Source: Heterodontus francisci
Taxonomy: Eukaryota
Length of the DNA: 64,000 nucleotides
Direction: 5' to 3'
Assembly: GCF_036365525.1 (NCBI RefSeq)
Contig: NC_090378.1
Span: 122,125,593-122,189,592, forward strand
Positions 38,071-52,300 of this stretch are shown here, piece after piece (position 1 is the first letter of the stretch; every line of letters starts with the position of its first letter). Position numbers and translations under genes: made by a program. Under the pieces are notes generated by a model. That model did not search any database and had not been told where the DNA came from. It saw only the letters and a list, made by a program, of their open reading frames with translations.

Positions 38071-39099
38071 TGTGATCACAAATGACAGAATCTGCCCACA
38101 CTGACAGTGAGTGAACTACACAGCACATTCAGACAGACCCGAACCACATCCCTATCCTATTAAATGATGCACGAACTTTGTTTCTCAGTGAAATCAGTAA
38201 TAATCAACATCACAGGAACCAGCTCGGAAATTATTTTCGAGAAACACAATTTAACTTCAAGCACGAATGCCCAGCAAGCTGTACAAAGAATGTTACTGTT
38301 TATAAAGCAGCAAAGCAGTGAACTGCATTAGGCCCAGGATAGTTTAACTACTTAGTAAAGGGTGCCCTCTATTGACTGTCATCACTGTCACATACACAGA
38401 ATACACTGAACCATTAGTCATACTCAAGTATGGTCGACAGGAGTTTATAATCCACCAGGGCCCTGAGCAGACATTTGCTTCCAGGTGTCTCTTGGTCTGT
38501 TGCTCTGGAATGTTGGATGTGGGAGATACACACAAGGATTTAGGAAAGCATATAACAAGAAAAGGCCATTCTGCTCATCAAGCCTGCTCCTTTCACTGAC
38601 AAGGTACAAATCTTCCCTGTTCTCGATTATATTCCCACTGAATCTCAGAAGAGAAGTTTCTGTGTAAATACACTTTGATTGCCAAACATAATCAAACAAA
38701 ATTAGAGAATAGTAATTCATCTTCCCATTTTCACCCCTGGATTGCTATCCTCGAGGGATCAATTTCCTCTTTGGAATATGTTAACAGACCTCATTATCTC
38801 AAACTGATATGGTTGTACAAAATGTACCATCCTGGATCAATGGTTTAATTGAAATTAATTTTCAATGTGTGTGTGTTCTGTGCAAATAATTCTTCACAAA
38901 TCAAATTAACAATAGCATCAAATTAATCACCTCAATTGCTCCAAGGTTAAACAGGTTGACAGTGTTTGGCAACAGGCTATTCAATCATGGGGGCATCACA
39001 GGAAACCTGATTCTGTAATAATCTGACATCCCTACATACAGACTTTCTAGTGAGTAACATGTACAGTGATTGGAAACTGACACTTTAATTTAATTCAAG

Positions 39100-39445
39100 T
39101 TAGTTTAGAGTTACAGCACTGAAACAGGCCCTTCGGCCCACCGAGTCTGTGCCGACCATCAAGCACCCATTTATACTAATCCTACACTAATTCCATATTC
39201 CTACCACATCCCCACCTGTCCCTATATTTCCCTACCACCTACCTATACTAGGGGCAATTTATAATGGCCAATTAACCTATCAACCTGCAAGTCTTTGACA
39301 TGTGGGAGGAAACCGGAGCACCCGGAGGAAACCCACGCAGACACAGGGAGAACTTGCAAACTCCACACAGGCAGTGCCCAGAATTGAACCTGGGTCGTTG
39401 GAGCTGTGAGGCTGCGGTGCTAACCACTGCGCCACTGTGCCGCCC
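39100..39445 (-). mobile_element. HE1-like V-SINE (tRNA head, V domain, CR1-derived tail)
   Basis: Minus strand gggcggcacagtggcgcagtggttagc (A box), ggttcaattc (B box), V-domain tctgcgtgggtttcctccgggtgctccggtttcctcccaca and tail gggccgaagggcctgtttc. Confidence 0.9.
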
Positions 39446-39514
39446 CAAGTTTTTATATAAAACTCACAAACTCCTGTTAAAATGCATTTGTGAAGTTACC
39501 AAATATTGTCTTGT

Positions 39515-39900
39515 ATTCCTCTGAGTTTAGAAAGTTGAACAGATGATTTAATTAAGGTGCTTAAAGTAATAAAAGGATTTGATAGGTTTGATAAGAGAAG
39601 TTATTTTATCAAGTTCGGGAATCCACAACAAGGTGACATAATCCTAAAATTAGAAGATTCGAAATCAGGAAGTACTTCTTCACACAAAGGGTGGTGGAAA
39701 TTGGAATTCTCTCCTCTAAAACATTGGAGATGTTGGTCAATTGACATTTTAAAGGCAGAGATTGACTGATATTTATTAGATAAGAATAACAAGGAATATG
39801 GATCAAAGGCAGGTAACTGGAGTACAGATCAGACATGATTGAACTGAATGATGGAACAGTCTTGAAGGGGCTGAATGGCCTACCCCTGTTCCTATATTCT
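39515..39900 (+). mobile_element. Decayed CR1 3' fragment
   Basis: DLIKVLKVIKGFDR..., ttcttcacacaaagggtggtg and tail gggctgaatggcctac. Confidence 0.8.
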
Positions 39901-40534
39901 ACATAGCAGAGTAACAGTTAAGTGCTCATTTGGAGGCTCATATCTGGGGCTTTGTTCTTTGCTGGGTTTCTGCTTCTGTGTTTACTTCCCGAGATAATAA
40001 ACACAAAACACAACTTCACAAATTGAGTCAGAAGCAGCATCTTCAGCTACAGATGAAAGTTGATTTTCGCTGCCAGTTCAAAGTGCAGCACATTAGGGTC
40101 ATTACAGTCGTAACCTTGGAGCGACTTCCAATTTCCACCAGCTGCTCCTGAGGAGTATCGATAAGAGGGAGACGGACAAGTCCCCACCCTCCCCCGCTCT
40201 CCTCCACATGTCGGGGGTGGGGAATAGGTGCTTAACCGTGGTTGCAGCAGGGGGGCTAAATTTTGCTCAGGGTGGGAATACGACATTATTCCCGACTGTC
40301 CGATTCTGCTCCCTTTCCCAGACCATGGTGCCATTGACAGGAAACACTGGGTCACTAAACACTGGGCGGACACATACAGCAATTTTACAGAATAAAAATT
40401 GGGTCACACTCACATTCACCTGTGTCTAAAGAATATTCTTGGTCTGATGTTGGATATTGAATCATCAGGTAACAGAAATAGGTCCTTGGTATTTATTCTG
40501 GAAAAAGTAAATCCCAACAATTACTTCCAATTAA

Positions 40535-40770
40535 ATTATGACAAGAGCGAGAGGCCACACATTCAAACTAGTTAAAGGCAGCTTCAGGACTAATATCAAG
40601 GAGTCTTTCTTCACATCAGAGTGACTAATCATGGAATGGATTCCCAGATAAAGTAATGGAAATGAAAGTCATGGAAGAACCAGCTGGATGCTGCATTGGG
40701 GAGACTTTAGAGTCATCATCAATGGAGGAGTTAAGGTGGGCCGAATGGCCTTCCTCTTCCATTAATATCT
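40535..40770 (+). mobile_element. Highly decayed CR1 3' fragment
   Basis: RGHTFKLVKGSFRTNIKESFF remnant and tail gggccgaatggccttcctc. Confidence 0.65.
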
Positions 40771-41433
40771 TGTAATATATAGAGGAAAGGGGCAATGTCT
40801 GTCATCGTAAATGAAAGAACTGGATATTGAGGATTAGTGACTTGTTGAAACTGAAGTGTTCACACTCTTTGTTTCAGAGACAGGATCAGTGACACCTACA
40901 ATGAGATTTTTCTCAGCAATTTACCGAGACCTCAATATGCTGAGGAAATCTGTCCGAGTGTGGCACTGGGTACAGAAATTTAAAGTGAAATATAACCATT
41001 ATTTCAGAACATCAGGAAATCCTTTTAAAAGTGATTCATTATCTTCACAAAGACTGCTGTGATGAACCAGTTCTCTGAGGAAGATCTTAATGTGTGTGAT
41101 GTTTCAAAACATTGGCTTCAAACAGAGACTAGAAACATGCTTTCCTGCCCTCTGTCAGAATAGCTACAGTGATAAACCTGGGCCTAGGAATTCAGGTGCA
41201 CCTATTTTTGGGAATGTGAACAATGATCCCAGTACCTGAATGGTGAAGTCCACGGCACCACCAACACTGGGTCACTGATCTCATTTCCATTGGGCTGGTG
41301 AGTTGTGGACAGCAACAGGTTTCTCTTTCTGAGGTCTGGTCTGCACTTTGGGCCACCAGACAATCCAGTAGAAATGAGGAACTCACCACAGGAGGAAAAG
41401 TGGAGGTGGAATGGCACTGTGATACTTTGAGGA

Positions 41434-42340
41434 ATGGCTGAACGTGTGAGAGAGCGTGCACCAAGCTTTTCTGATGATGTGTTACAGGTCTTGGTGGAAG
41501 AAGTGGAAAGAAGGAGAAACACCCAGTATCCACTGAGAGGCAGGAACTCCTCCAGATAGATGATCAAGAGACAGTGTGAAGAAGTAATAGCAGAGCTCAA
41601 TGTCAGGAGTGTTGCTCCAAGAACAAGGATGCAGGAAGAAGTTTAATGATCTGACACGAGTTGTCAAGGTGACTGAGTTCATCTTCAAATGGCAGATCCT
41701 ACCAACTGCATCACTAACCTCATCCATTGCTCAATTCACCAAACCCACATCACCCAGCCACCAACAGTCTCTATAAATCAGTATTCAACCCTTCAATTCA
41801 TAGGATTTACCTCACCCTCACACACTTAGCATTACTGCCAACCTTGTACCAACAACTCACAGCTAGCACACAGCTATTCAACCATGACAGCCACATCAAA
41901 CATATTACAGGACACTCACTCTCACACTTCTCTCTTTCTTATAGGAGAAGGTGGTTCATAATAGAGGCAACAAGAAGGAACTGGAGGCGGACAAGCAGAT
42001 CTGCAGATTTTAACCCTCACGGAGGAGACAGTGCTGGTCAATATGGGAAGGGGCATCGCTGAGGCTATGGACACTGGTGGGGCTGGAGAGATCGATGATA
42101 AGGTTGTCTGTATACCTTATCCTCCTTCTCTCATCACACAATCTCTTCAGACTCTCAAGCTGCAGACGGTGTAAACATGCACTTCTTACTTTCTCCTCTC
42201 CCCTCACCACAACCCAATCCTTGTCCATATTCATTTCAGGTACCCGAAAACTGGGAGCTTCCCAGTCAGGGAGGAAGAGGCAGAAAACAAGGAAGATAAA
42301 GAGACACCATCACTCAATCTTACACTTACAGCCACCAGTA
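41434..42340 (+). pseudogene. Spliced Myb/SANT-like DNA-binding protein gene remnant (Harbinger/PIF accessory ORF, NAIF1/MYPOP-like)
   Basis: Exon 1 41434-41668: MAERVRERAPSFSDDVLQVLVEEVERRR...*...VIAELNVRSVAPRTRMQ/RKKFNDLTRVVK|gt. Exon 2 from ag|41945: EKVVHNR/QQEGTGGGQADLQILTLTEETVL. Acidic exon 3 from tttcag|42240. One stop and two frameshifts. Confidence 0.75.
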
Positions 42341-42470
42341 TTTTAGAGGCTAAGATAGAGGAGGGATCCAGATAGACTGATTTATAGTGAGAGTTTCTGC
42401 CAGGTTAACAGTGTCTTAAAGGGACACGGTCTCTTTAATTACTCTTACTATTAACCATTTCAGCACTGAA

Positions 42471-45400
42471 ATGTTTCTGCCTCCACCACCCTTTCAGACA
42501 GTGAGTTCCAGACCCCCACCACCCTCTGGGTGAAAAAATTACTCCTCAACTCACCTCTAATCCTTCCACCAATTACTTTAAGTCTATGCCTCCTGGTTAT
42601 TGACCTCTCTGCTGAGGGAAATAGGTCCTTCCTATTCACTCTATCTTGGCCCCTCATAATTTTATACACCTCAATTAAACCTCCCCTCAGCCTCCTCTGT
42701 TTCAAAGATTATAACCCCAGCCAATCCAATCTTTCCTCATAGCTGAAATTCTCCATTCCTGGTAACATCCTTGTAAATCTCCTCTGTACCCTCTCTTGTG
42801 TGATCACATTCTTCCTGTAATGTGGTGACCAGAACTGTACACAGTACTCTAGCTGTGGTCTAACGATCCACTGATTTAAGGTGATTGGTGGAAGGATTAG
42901 AGAGGACATGAGGAAACACATTTTCACCCAGAGGGTGGTGGGTATCTGGAATTCACTGCCTGGATCGGTGGTGAAGGCAGAAACCCTCAACTCATTGAAA
43001 AGGTACCTGGACCTGCACCTGAAGTGCTGTAACCTGCCAGGTTATGGACCAGGTGCCGGAAGGTGGGATTAGAATGGGCAGCTTGTTTGTTCAGCCAGCG
43101 CAGCCACGATGGGCTGAATGGCCTCTTTCTGTGCCGTAACCTTTCTCTGGTTCTAACTAGTGTTTTATACAGTTCCAGAATAACCGCTTTGCTCTTATAG
43201 TCTAGGCTCAGCTAATAATGGAAAGTATTCCATATGCCTTTTTGACCACCTTTTCTACCTGTCCTGCTACTTTCAGGGAGCTGTGCAGATAAACTCCAAG
43301 TTCCCTCTATTCCTCTACACTTCTCAGAATCCTCCATTTATTGTATATTCATTTACCTGGTTTGTCCTGCCCAAATTCATTCCCTCTCACTTCTCTGGAT
43401 TAAGTTCCATTTGCCATTTTTCTGCTCACCTGACCAGTCCATTGATATCTTCCTGCAGTCTACAGCTTTCTTCCTCACTATCCACCACACGGACAATCTT
43501 TGCATCATCTGCAATCTTTTTAATCATGCCCCTACATTGAAGTTTAAATCACTGATATATACACAAATAGTGAGGGACCCAGTACTGAGACCTGTGGAAC
43601 CCACTGGAAAGAAACTTCCAGTCACTAAAACACCTGCCAACCAGAATCCTTTGCTTCCTGTCACTGATCCAATTTCCCACTTTCCCTTGGATCCCATGGG
43701 CTTTTAATTTTCTGAACAGTCTGCCATGTGGAACCTTATCAAAAGCCTTGCTAAACTCCATGTAGACTGCATCAAACATGCTGCCCTCATTGACGCTCCT
43801 TGTAACCTCCTCAAAAAATTCAATCAACTTAATCAGACATGACCTTCCCTTAACAAATCCAAGATCACTGTCCTGGATCAATCTGTGCCTCTCTAAATGA
43901 TGATTTATATGGTCTATCAGAATGTTTCCAATAATCTTCCCACCACTGCAGTTAGGCAGACTGGCCTGTAATTGCTCGGGTTTTCCCTTCCTTGTGCTGT
44001 GCTAGATATTATTTGCTCTTTGACAGGATGTAGAATAGATTGGTTAAAATGTTACCTTGATTTCACTAAGTAGTGAGAATCGATGCAAGGTTAAGGGGTA
44101 TAAAAGTGCTACTCACTTTCGGTGAGGTGATGACAACACATTAAGGTCACTAAAGACTGTTGTAATTCTGTGAAATTGTTGTAATTCTGTAATTCAGTTG
44201 AAATCCCCCACTATTACTGTTTAATTGTTTTTGCAGTTCTGAAATTTATCTACATATTTGCTCTTCTCTCCCCTTCTAACAGTTTCAGGGTCTATAGCAC
44301 ACTCCCAGTAGTGTGATTGCCCCTGTTTTGTTCTTCAGTTCAACCCATATGGCAACATTTGTTTATCCTTCTACCATATCTTCTCTCCTCACAGCTATAA
44401 TTGTTTCTTTAATCAATATTGCAACTCACCCCCTCCTGAGATATCCCCATCTCTGTCTCGTCTGAAAACCCTGTAACTAGGAATGTTGAGCTGCCATTCC
44501 TGCCCTTCTTTCAGCCATGTCTCAGTAATCGCTAAAATATCATACTGCCATGTGTCAATCTGTGCTCTCAGCTCATCAGCCTTATTTCCTCAACTTGGAT
44601 TATTTAGCTCTGTCAAACTCCCTTGTTTATTTTCTAACCTTCGTTTTCTCTGCCTTCCAAAGACGCTGACTAATTTACTGCCTTCCATTTCCAACTTTTC
44701 TTCTCTCTCTTCTGAATCTACTCTCAGGTTCCCATCCCTGTGCTCAGCTAGTTTAAACTCTCCCCAACAGCACGAGTAAAACTCACTGCGAGGATATTGG
44801 TCCCGGCCCTGTTGATTTGCAAACAGTCCGTCTTGTACAGGTCCCACCTCCTCCAGAAGCAGTCCCAAAGCCTCAGGAATCTAAAGCCCTCCCTCCTGCA
44901 TAATCTCTCCAGCTCTATGTATTCATCAGCTCTATCTTCCTATTTCTGTACTCACTAACACGTGGCACTGGGAGTAATCTAAAGATTAATACTTTTGAGG
45001 TTCTGCTTTTCAATCTCCCTCCTAGCTGCCTAAATTCTGCCTCAGGACCTCATCCCTCCTTCTGCCTCTGTCATTGGTGCCAATATGGACCACGACCTCT
45101 GGCTGTTCACTCTCCCCTGTCAGAATGTCCTGCTGACGCTCAGTGATATCCTTGTCCCTGGCACCAGGGAGGCAACATACCATCATGGTAACACCTCTGC
45201 AGTCACAGAAGCACCTGTCTATTCTCCTCACTATCGAAGTCCCTCCCACTATTGCTCTTCAACTCTTCTTCCTCCCTCCCTGTACAGCTGAGAAACCCAT
45301 GGTGCTGTGGACTTGGCTCTGCCTGCACTCCCCAGTGGAACCATCACTCTGACCAGTATTCAGAACTGAATACCAGTTAGAGATTGAGACGCACTCATGG

Positions 45401-45720
45401 GATCACTGTCCTGCATGCCTGGTCCTCCTTGTTCTTCTGGCCCTCACCCATTCCCCCTCTGCCAGCACATTTTTAAACTGCAGGGTGACCACCTCCAGAA
45501 AGCTCTCAGCCTCGTGGACGCTGCATAGTGACTCCAGTCAGTGCTCAAACTCCGAAACCCAGAGCTCGAGCTGCTGTAACCGGTGACACTTCCTGTACAT
45601 GTGGTCATCCAGGTCATGAGAAGTGTCCAGGATTTCCCACATGACACAGGATGTGTATTCCACGGGGCTGAGGTTCCCTGCCATGTTTTACTTTCTAGAC
45701 TATTATCTAGAAACACTTAG
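42471..45720 (-). mobile_element. Near full-span but internally deleted CR1 LINE (ORF1 esterase plus ORF2 remnants)
   Basis: Minus strand: CLPGA...VVVHIGTND (SGNH/GDSL esterase of ORF1, 45022-45249), GFVKGRSCL...FSKAFDKVPH and QRRLRGGLIEVYKIM. Confidence 0.88.
42865..43153 (+). mobile_element. Short CR1 3' fragment nested in opposite orientation
   Basis: IGGRIREDMRKHIFTQRVVGIWNSLP on +. The host LINE reads ggtctaac ... taactagtgtttt across it. Confidence 0.85.
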
Positions 45721-46364
45721 AGCTGATCACCAGGTCTCGCTGTCTCCCGCTCCATCACTCAGCCTGCTCCGTGTTTTGCAAAAGATCAGAACAGAATCTC
45801 TTCAGTCATTGCACTGAATTCTCTCAATCCCCAATTCTCCGAGTTAGGTATCTGTTGAAGCAGTACTCCATCAAGCTGGACTTGGTGCTGGGCTGCTGGG
45901 TGAGCCTGCAAGCCCCTTTGAGCACTGGCATCCACAGCCATGATGGCAGCAGTCTGAGCCTGTGTGGCAGCAAGCTCAGATTACAATACCACAGTCTGAG
46001 CTTCCACTGGAGCACTCAGACATTGGGGTGGCCTCTACTTGTACTGCAATTCACTCATCCATGTCTCTGATACTCTGGAAATGTTAATCTGCTCACTTGT
46101 GTTTATATTATTCAAATCATCAGAGGAATTTGTAACAGCAATATAATCATGGAGCTTCAGAGGGCAATATAACCATTGAAACAGGATGATTTGAAGGGAT
46201 AGAGAGGAATAAAGAGCCTTTGCTGGCTCCATGTGGTTATTCTGATATCACTTTTATGGATCTTTGATGTCCTCTGATTCAGTGGCAGTATGAATGGAAT
46301 GTAGATGTAGATAAAGTAGAATTAGGATAAGACTTGTGAGTTAAACACTGCATGTTGTATTCAT

Positions 46365-49300
46365 ACTGGATTGTGAAGTGTGATGTTCCTGAGTACACAG
46401 ACTGGATTGTGAAGTGTGATCTACCTGAGTACACAGACAGGACTGTGAAGCGTGATGTTCCTGAGTACACAGACTGGATTGTGAAGTGTGATGTATCTGA
46501 GTACACAGACTGGATTGTGAAGTGTGATGTTCCTGAGTACACAGACTGGATTGTGAAGTGTGATGTTCCTGAGTACACAGACTGGATTGTGAAGTGTGAT
46601 GTACCTGAGTACACAGACTGGATTGTGAAGTGTGATGTCACTGAGTACACAGAATGGATTGTGAAGTGTGATGTACCTGAGTACACAGAATGGATTGTGA
46701 AGTGTGATGTTCCTGAGTACACAGACTGGATTGTGAAGTGTGATGTACCTGAGTACACAGACTGGATTGTGAAGTGTGATGTCACTGAGTACACAGAATG
46801 GATTGTGAAGTGTGATGTACCTGAGTACACAGAATGGATTGTGAAGTGTGATGTACCTGAGGACACAGAATGGATTGTGAAGTGTGATGTACCTGAGTAC
46901 ACAGACCGGATTGTGAAGTGTGATGTACCTGAGTACACAGACTGGATTGTGAAGTGTGATCTACCTGAGTACACAGACAGGACTGTGAAGCGTGATGTTC
47001 CTGAGTACACAGACTGGATTGTGAAGTGTGATGTACCTGAGTACACAGACTGGATTGTGAAGTGTGATGTTCCTGAGTACACAGACTGGATTGTGAAGTG
47101 TGATGTACCTGAGTACACAGACTGGATTGTGAAGTGTGATGTCACTGAGTACACAGAATGGATTGTGAAGTGTGATGTACCTGAGTACACAGAATGGATT
47201 GTGAAGTGTGATGTACCTGAGGACACAGAATGGATTGTGAAGTGTGATGTACCTGAGTACACAGACCGGATTGTGAAGTGTGATGTATCGGAGTACACAG
47301 ATTGGATTGTGAAGTGTGATGTACCTGAGTACACAGAATGGATTGTGAAGTGTGATGTACCTGAGGACACAGACCGGATTGTGAAGTGTGATGTATCTGA
47401 GTACACAGATTGGATTGTGAAGGGTGATGTACCCGAGTACACAGACTGGATTGTGAAGTGTGATGTAACTGAGTACACAGACAGGACTGTGAAGCGTGAT
47501 GTTCCTGAGTACACAGACTGGATTGTGAAGTGTGATGTACCTGAGTACACAGACTGGATTGTGAAGTGTGATGTTCCTGAGTACACAGACTGGATTGTGA
47601 AGTGTGATGTACCTGAGTACACAGACTGCATTGTGAAGTGTGATCTACCTGAGTACACAGACAGGACTGTGAAGCGTGATGTTCCTGAGTACACAGACTG
47701 GATTGTGAAGTGTGATGTACCTGAGTACACAGACTGGATTGTGAAGTGTGATCTACCTGAGTACACAGACAGGACTGTGAAGCGTGATGTTCCTGAGTAC
47801 ACAGACTGGATTGTGAAGTGTGATGTACCTGAGTACACAGACTGGATTGTGAAGTGTGATGTTCCTGAGTACACAGACTGGATTGTGAAGTGTGATGTAC
47901 CTGAGTACACAGACTGGATTGTGAAGTGTGATGTTCCTGAGTACACAGACTGGATTGTGAAGTGTGATGTACCTGAGTACACAGACTGGATTGTGAAGTG
48001 TGATGTCACTGAGTACACAGACTGGATTGTGAAGTGTGATGTCACTGAGTACACAGAATGGATTGTGAAGTGTGATGTACCTGAGTACACAGAATGGATT
48101 GTGAAGTGTGATGTACCTGAGGACACAGAATGGATTGTGAAGTGTGATGTACCTGAGTACACAGACCGGATTGTGAAGTGTGATGTACCTGAGTACACAG
48201 ACTGGATTGTGAAGTGTGATCTACCTGAGTACACAGACAGGACTGTGAAGCGTGATGTTCCTGAGTACACAGACTGGATTGTGAAGTGTGATGTACCTGA
48301 GTACACAGACTGGATTGTGAAGTGTGATGTTCCTGAGTACACAGACTGGATTGTGAAGTGTGATGTACCTGAGTACACAGACTGGATTGTGAAGTGTGAT
48401 GTCACTGAGTACACAGAATGGATTGTGAAGTGTGATGTACCTGAGTACACAGAATGGATTGTGAAGTGTGATGTACCTGAGGACACAGAATGGATTGTGA
48501 AGTGTGATGTACCTGAGTACACAGACCGGATTGTGAAGTGTGATGTATCGGAGTACACAGATTGGATTGTGAAGTGTGATGTACCTGAGGACACAGACCG
48601 GATTGTGAAGTGTGATGTATCTGAGTACACAGATTGGATTGTGAAGGGTGATGTACCCGAGTACACAGACTGGATTGTGAAGTGTGATGTAACTGAGTAC
48701 ACAGACAGGACTGTGAAGCGTGATGTTCCTGAGTACACAGACTGGATTGTGAAGTGTGATGTACCTGAGTACACAGACTGGATTGTGAAGTGTGATGTTC
48801 CTGAGTACACAGACTGGATTGTGAAGTGTGATGTACCTGAGTACACAGACTGGATTGTGAAGTGTGATCTACCTGAGTACACAGACAGGACTGTGAAGCG
48901 TGATGTTCCTGAGTACACAGACTGGATTGTGAAGTGTGATGTACCTGAGTACACAGACTGGATTGTGAAGTGTGATCTACCTGAGTACACAGACAGGACT
49001 GTGAAGCGTGATGTTCCTGAGTACACAGACTGGATTGTGAAGTGTGATGTACCTGAGTACACAGACTGGATTGTGAAGTGTGATGTTCCTGAGTAAACAG
49101 ACTGGATTGTGAAGTGTGATCTACCTGAGTACACAGACAGGACTGTGAAGCGTGATGTTCCTGAGTACACAGACTGGATTGTGAAGTGTGATGTACCTGA
49201 GTACACAGACTGGATTGTGAAGTGTGATGTTCCTGAGTACACAGACTGGATTGTGAAGTGTGATGTACCTGAGTACACAGACTGGATTGTGAAGTGTGAT

Positions 49301-52300
49301 GTCACTGAGTACACAGAATGGATTGTGAAGTGTGATATACCTGAGTACACAGAATGGATTGTAAAGTGTGATGTACCTGAGGACACAGAATGGATTGTGA
49401 AGTGTGATGTACCTGAGTACACAGACCGGATTGTGAAGTGTGATGTATCGGAGTACACAGATTGGATTGTGAAGGGTGATGTACCCGAGTACACAGACTG
49501 GATTGTGAAGTGTGATGTACCTGAGTACACAGAATGGATTGTGAAGTGTGATGTACCTGAGTACACAGACCGGATTGTGAAGTGTGATGTATCTGAGTAA
49601 ACAGACTGGATTGAGAAGTGTGATGTATCTGAGTACACAGAATGGATTGTGAAGTGTGACGTATCTGAGTACACAGAATGGATTGTGAAGTGTGATGTAC
49701 CTGAGTACACAGACCGGATTGTGAAGTGTGATCTACCTGAGTACACAGAATGGATTGTGAAGTGTGATGTACCTGAGTACACAGACCGGATTGTGAAGTG
49801 TGATGTACCTGAGTACACAGACTGAATTGTGAAGTGTGATGTATCTGAGGACACAGAATGGATTGTGAAGTGTGATGTATCTGAGTACACAGAATGGATT
49901 GTGAAGTGTGATGTACCTGAGTACACAGACCGGATTGTGAAGTGTGATGTACCTGAGTACACAGACTGGATTGTGAAGTGTGATGTATCTGAGTACACAG
50001 AATGGATTGTGAAGTGTGATGTATCTGAGTACACAGAATGGATTGTGAAGTGTGATGTACCTGAGTACACAGACCGGATTGTGAAGTGTGATGTACCTGA
50101 GTACACAGAATGGATTGTGAAGTGTGATGTATCTGAGTACACAGAATGGATTGTGAAGTGTGATGTACCTGAGTACACAGACCGGATTGTGAAGTGTGAT
50201 GTATCTGAGTACACAGATTGGATTGTGAAGTGTGATGTACCTGTGTACACAGATTGGATTGTGAAGTGTGATGTACCTGTGTACACAGACTGGATTGTGA
50301 AGTGTGATGTATCTGAGTACACAGAATGGATTGTGAAGTGTGATGTACCTGAGTACACAGACCGGATTGTTAAGTGTGATGTACCTGAGTACACAGAATG
50401 GATTGTGAAGTGTGATGTACCTGAGTACACAGACAGGATTGTGAAGTGTGATGTACCTGAGTACACAGCCCGGATTGTGAAGAGTGATGTACCTGAGTAC
50501 ACAGACTGGATTGTGAAGTGTGATGTACCTGAGTACACAGACTGGATTGTGAAGTGTGATGTACCTGAGTACATAGCCCGGATTGTGAAGAGTGATGTAC
50601 CTGTGTACACAGACTGGATTACGAAGTGTGATGTACCTGAGTACACAGACTGGATTGCGAAGTGTGATGTACCTGTGTACACAGACTGGATTGCGAAGAG
50701 TGATGTAACTGAGTACACAGTCTGGTTTGTGAAGTGTTATATACCTGATTACACAGACTGGATTGTGAAGTGTGATGTACCTGAGTACAAAGACTGGATT
50801 GTGAAGGGTGATGTTCCTGAGTACACAGAATGGATTGTGAAGTGTGATGTATCTGAGTACACAGACTGGATTGTGAAGTGTGATGTACCTGAGTACACAG
50901 ACTGGATTGTGAAGTGTGATGTACCTGAGTACACGGACTGGATTGTGAAGTGTGATGTATCGGAGTACACAGACTGGACTGTGAAGTGTGATATACCTGA
51001 GTACACAGACTGGATTGTGAAGTGTGATATACCTGAGTACACAGACTGGATTGTGAAGTGTGATGTACCTGAGTACACGGACTGGATTGTGAAGTGTGAT
51101 GTACCTGATTACACAGAGTGGATTCTGAAGTGTGATGTACCTGAGAACACGGACTGGGTTGTGAAGTGTGATGTACCTGAGTACACAGACTGGATTGTGA
51201 AGTGTGATGTACCTGAGTACACAGACTGGATTGTGAAGTGTGATGTACCTGAGTACACAGACGTGATTGTGAAGTGTGATGTACCTGAGTACACAGACTG
51301 GATTGTGAAGTGTGATGTACCTGAGAACACGGACTGGATTGTGAAGTGTGATGTACCTGAGTACACAGAGTGGATTGTGAAGTGTGATGTACCTGAGTAC
51401 ACAGACTGGATTGTGAAGTGTGATGTACCTGAGTACACAGACCGGATTGTGAAGTGTGATGTACCTGAGAACACGGACTGGATTGTGAAGTGTGATGTAC
51501 CTGAGTACACAGACTGGATTGTGAAGTGTCATGTACCTGAGTACACAGACTGGATTGTGAAGTGTGTTGTACCTGAGTACACAGACGGGATTGTGAAGTG
51601 TGATGTACCTGAGTACACAGACCGGATTGTGAAGTGTGATCTACCTGAGAACACGGACTGGATTGTGAAGTGTGATGTACCTGAGTACACAGAATGGATT
51701 GTGAAGTGTGATGTACCTGAGTACACAGACTGGATTGTGAAGTGTGATGTACCTGAGTCTCCAGACTGGATTGTGAAGTGTGATGTACCTGAGTACACAG
51801 ACTGGATTGTGAAGTGTGATGTAACTGAGTACTCAGACAGAATTGTGAAGTGTGATGTACCTGAGTACACAGAGTGGATTGTGAAGTGTGATGTACCTGA
51901 GTACACAGACTGGATTGTGAAGCGTGATGTACCCGAGTACACAGACTGGATTGTGAAGTGTGATGTACCTGAGTACACAGACTGGATTGTGAAGTGTGAT
52001 GTACCTGAGAACACAGCCCGGATTGTGTAGAGTGATGTACCTGAGTACACAGAATGGATTGTGAAGTGTGATGTACCTGAGTACACAGACTGGATTGTGA
52101 AGTGTGATGTACCTGAGTACAGAGCCCGGATTGTGAAGAGTGATGTACCTGTGTACACAGACTGGATTACGAAGTGTGATGTACCTGAGTACACAGACTG
52201 GATTGCGAAGTGTGATGTACCTGTGTACACAGACTGGATTGCGAAGTGTGATGTACCTGAGGACACAGTCTGGTTTGTGAAGTGTTATATACCTGAGTAC

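Noticed and set aside
39370-39445. tRNA gene
   Set aside because: A and B boxes continue directly into the V domain and LINE-derived tail, so this is a SINE head.
39986-40040. Minus-strand MLLLTQFVKLCFVFIISG with a phase-1 GT, resembling an Ig leader exon
   Set aside because: Weak donor (gtaaac), Lys within the hydrophobic core, no upstream octamer and no V exon downstream on that strand.
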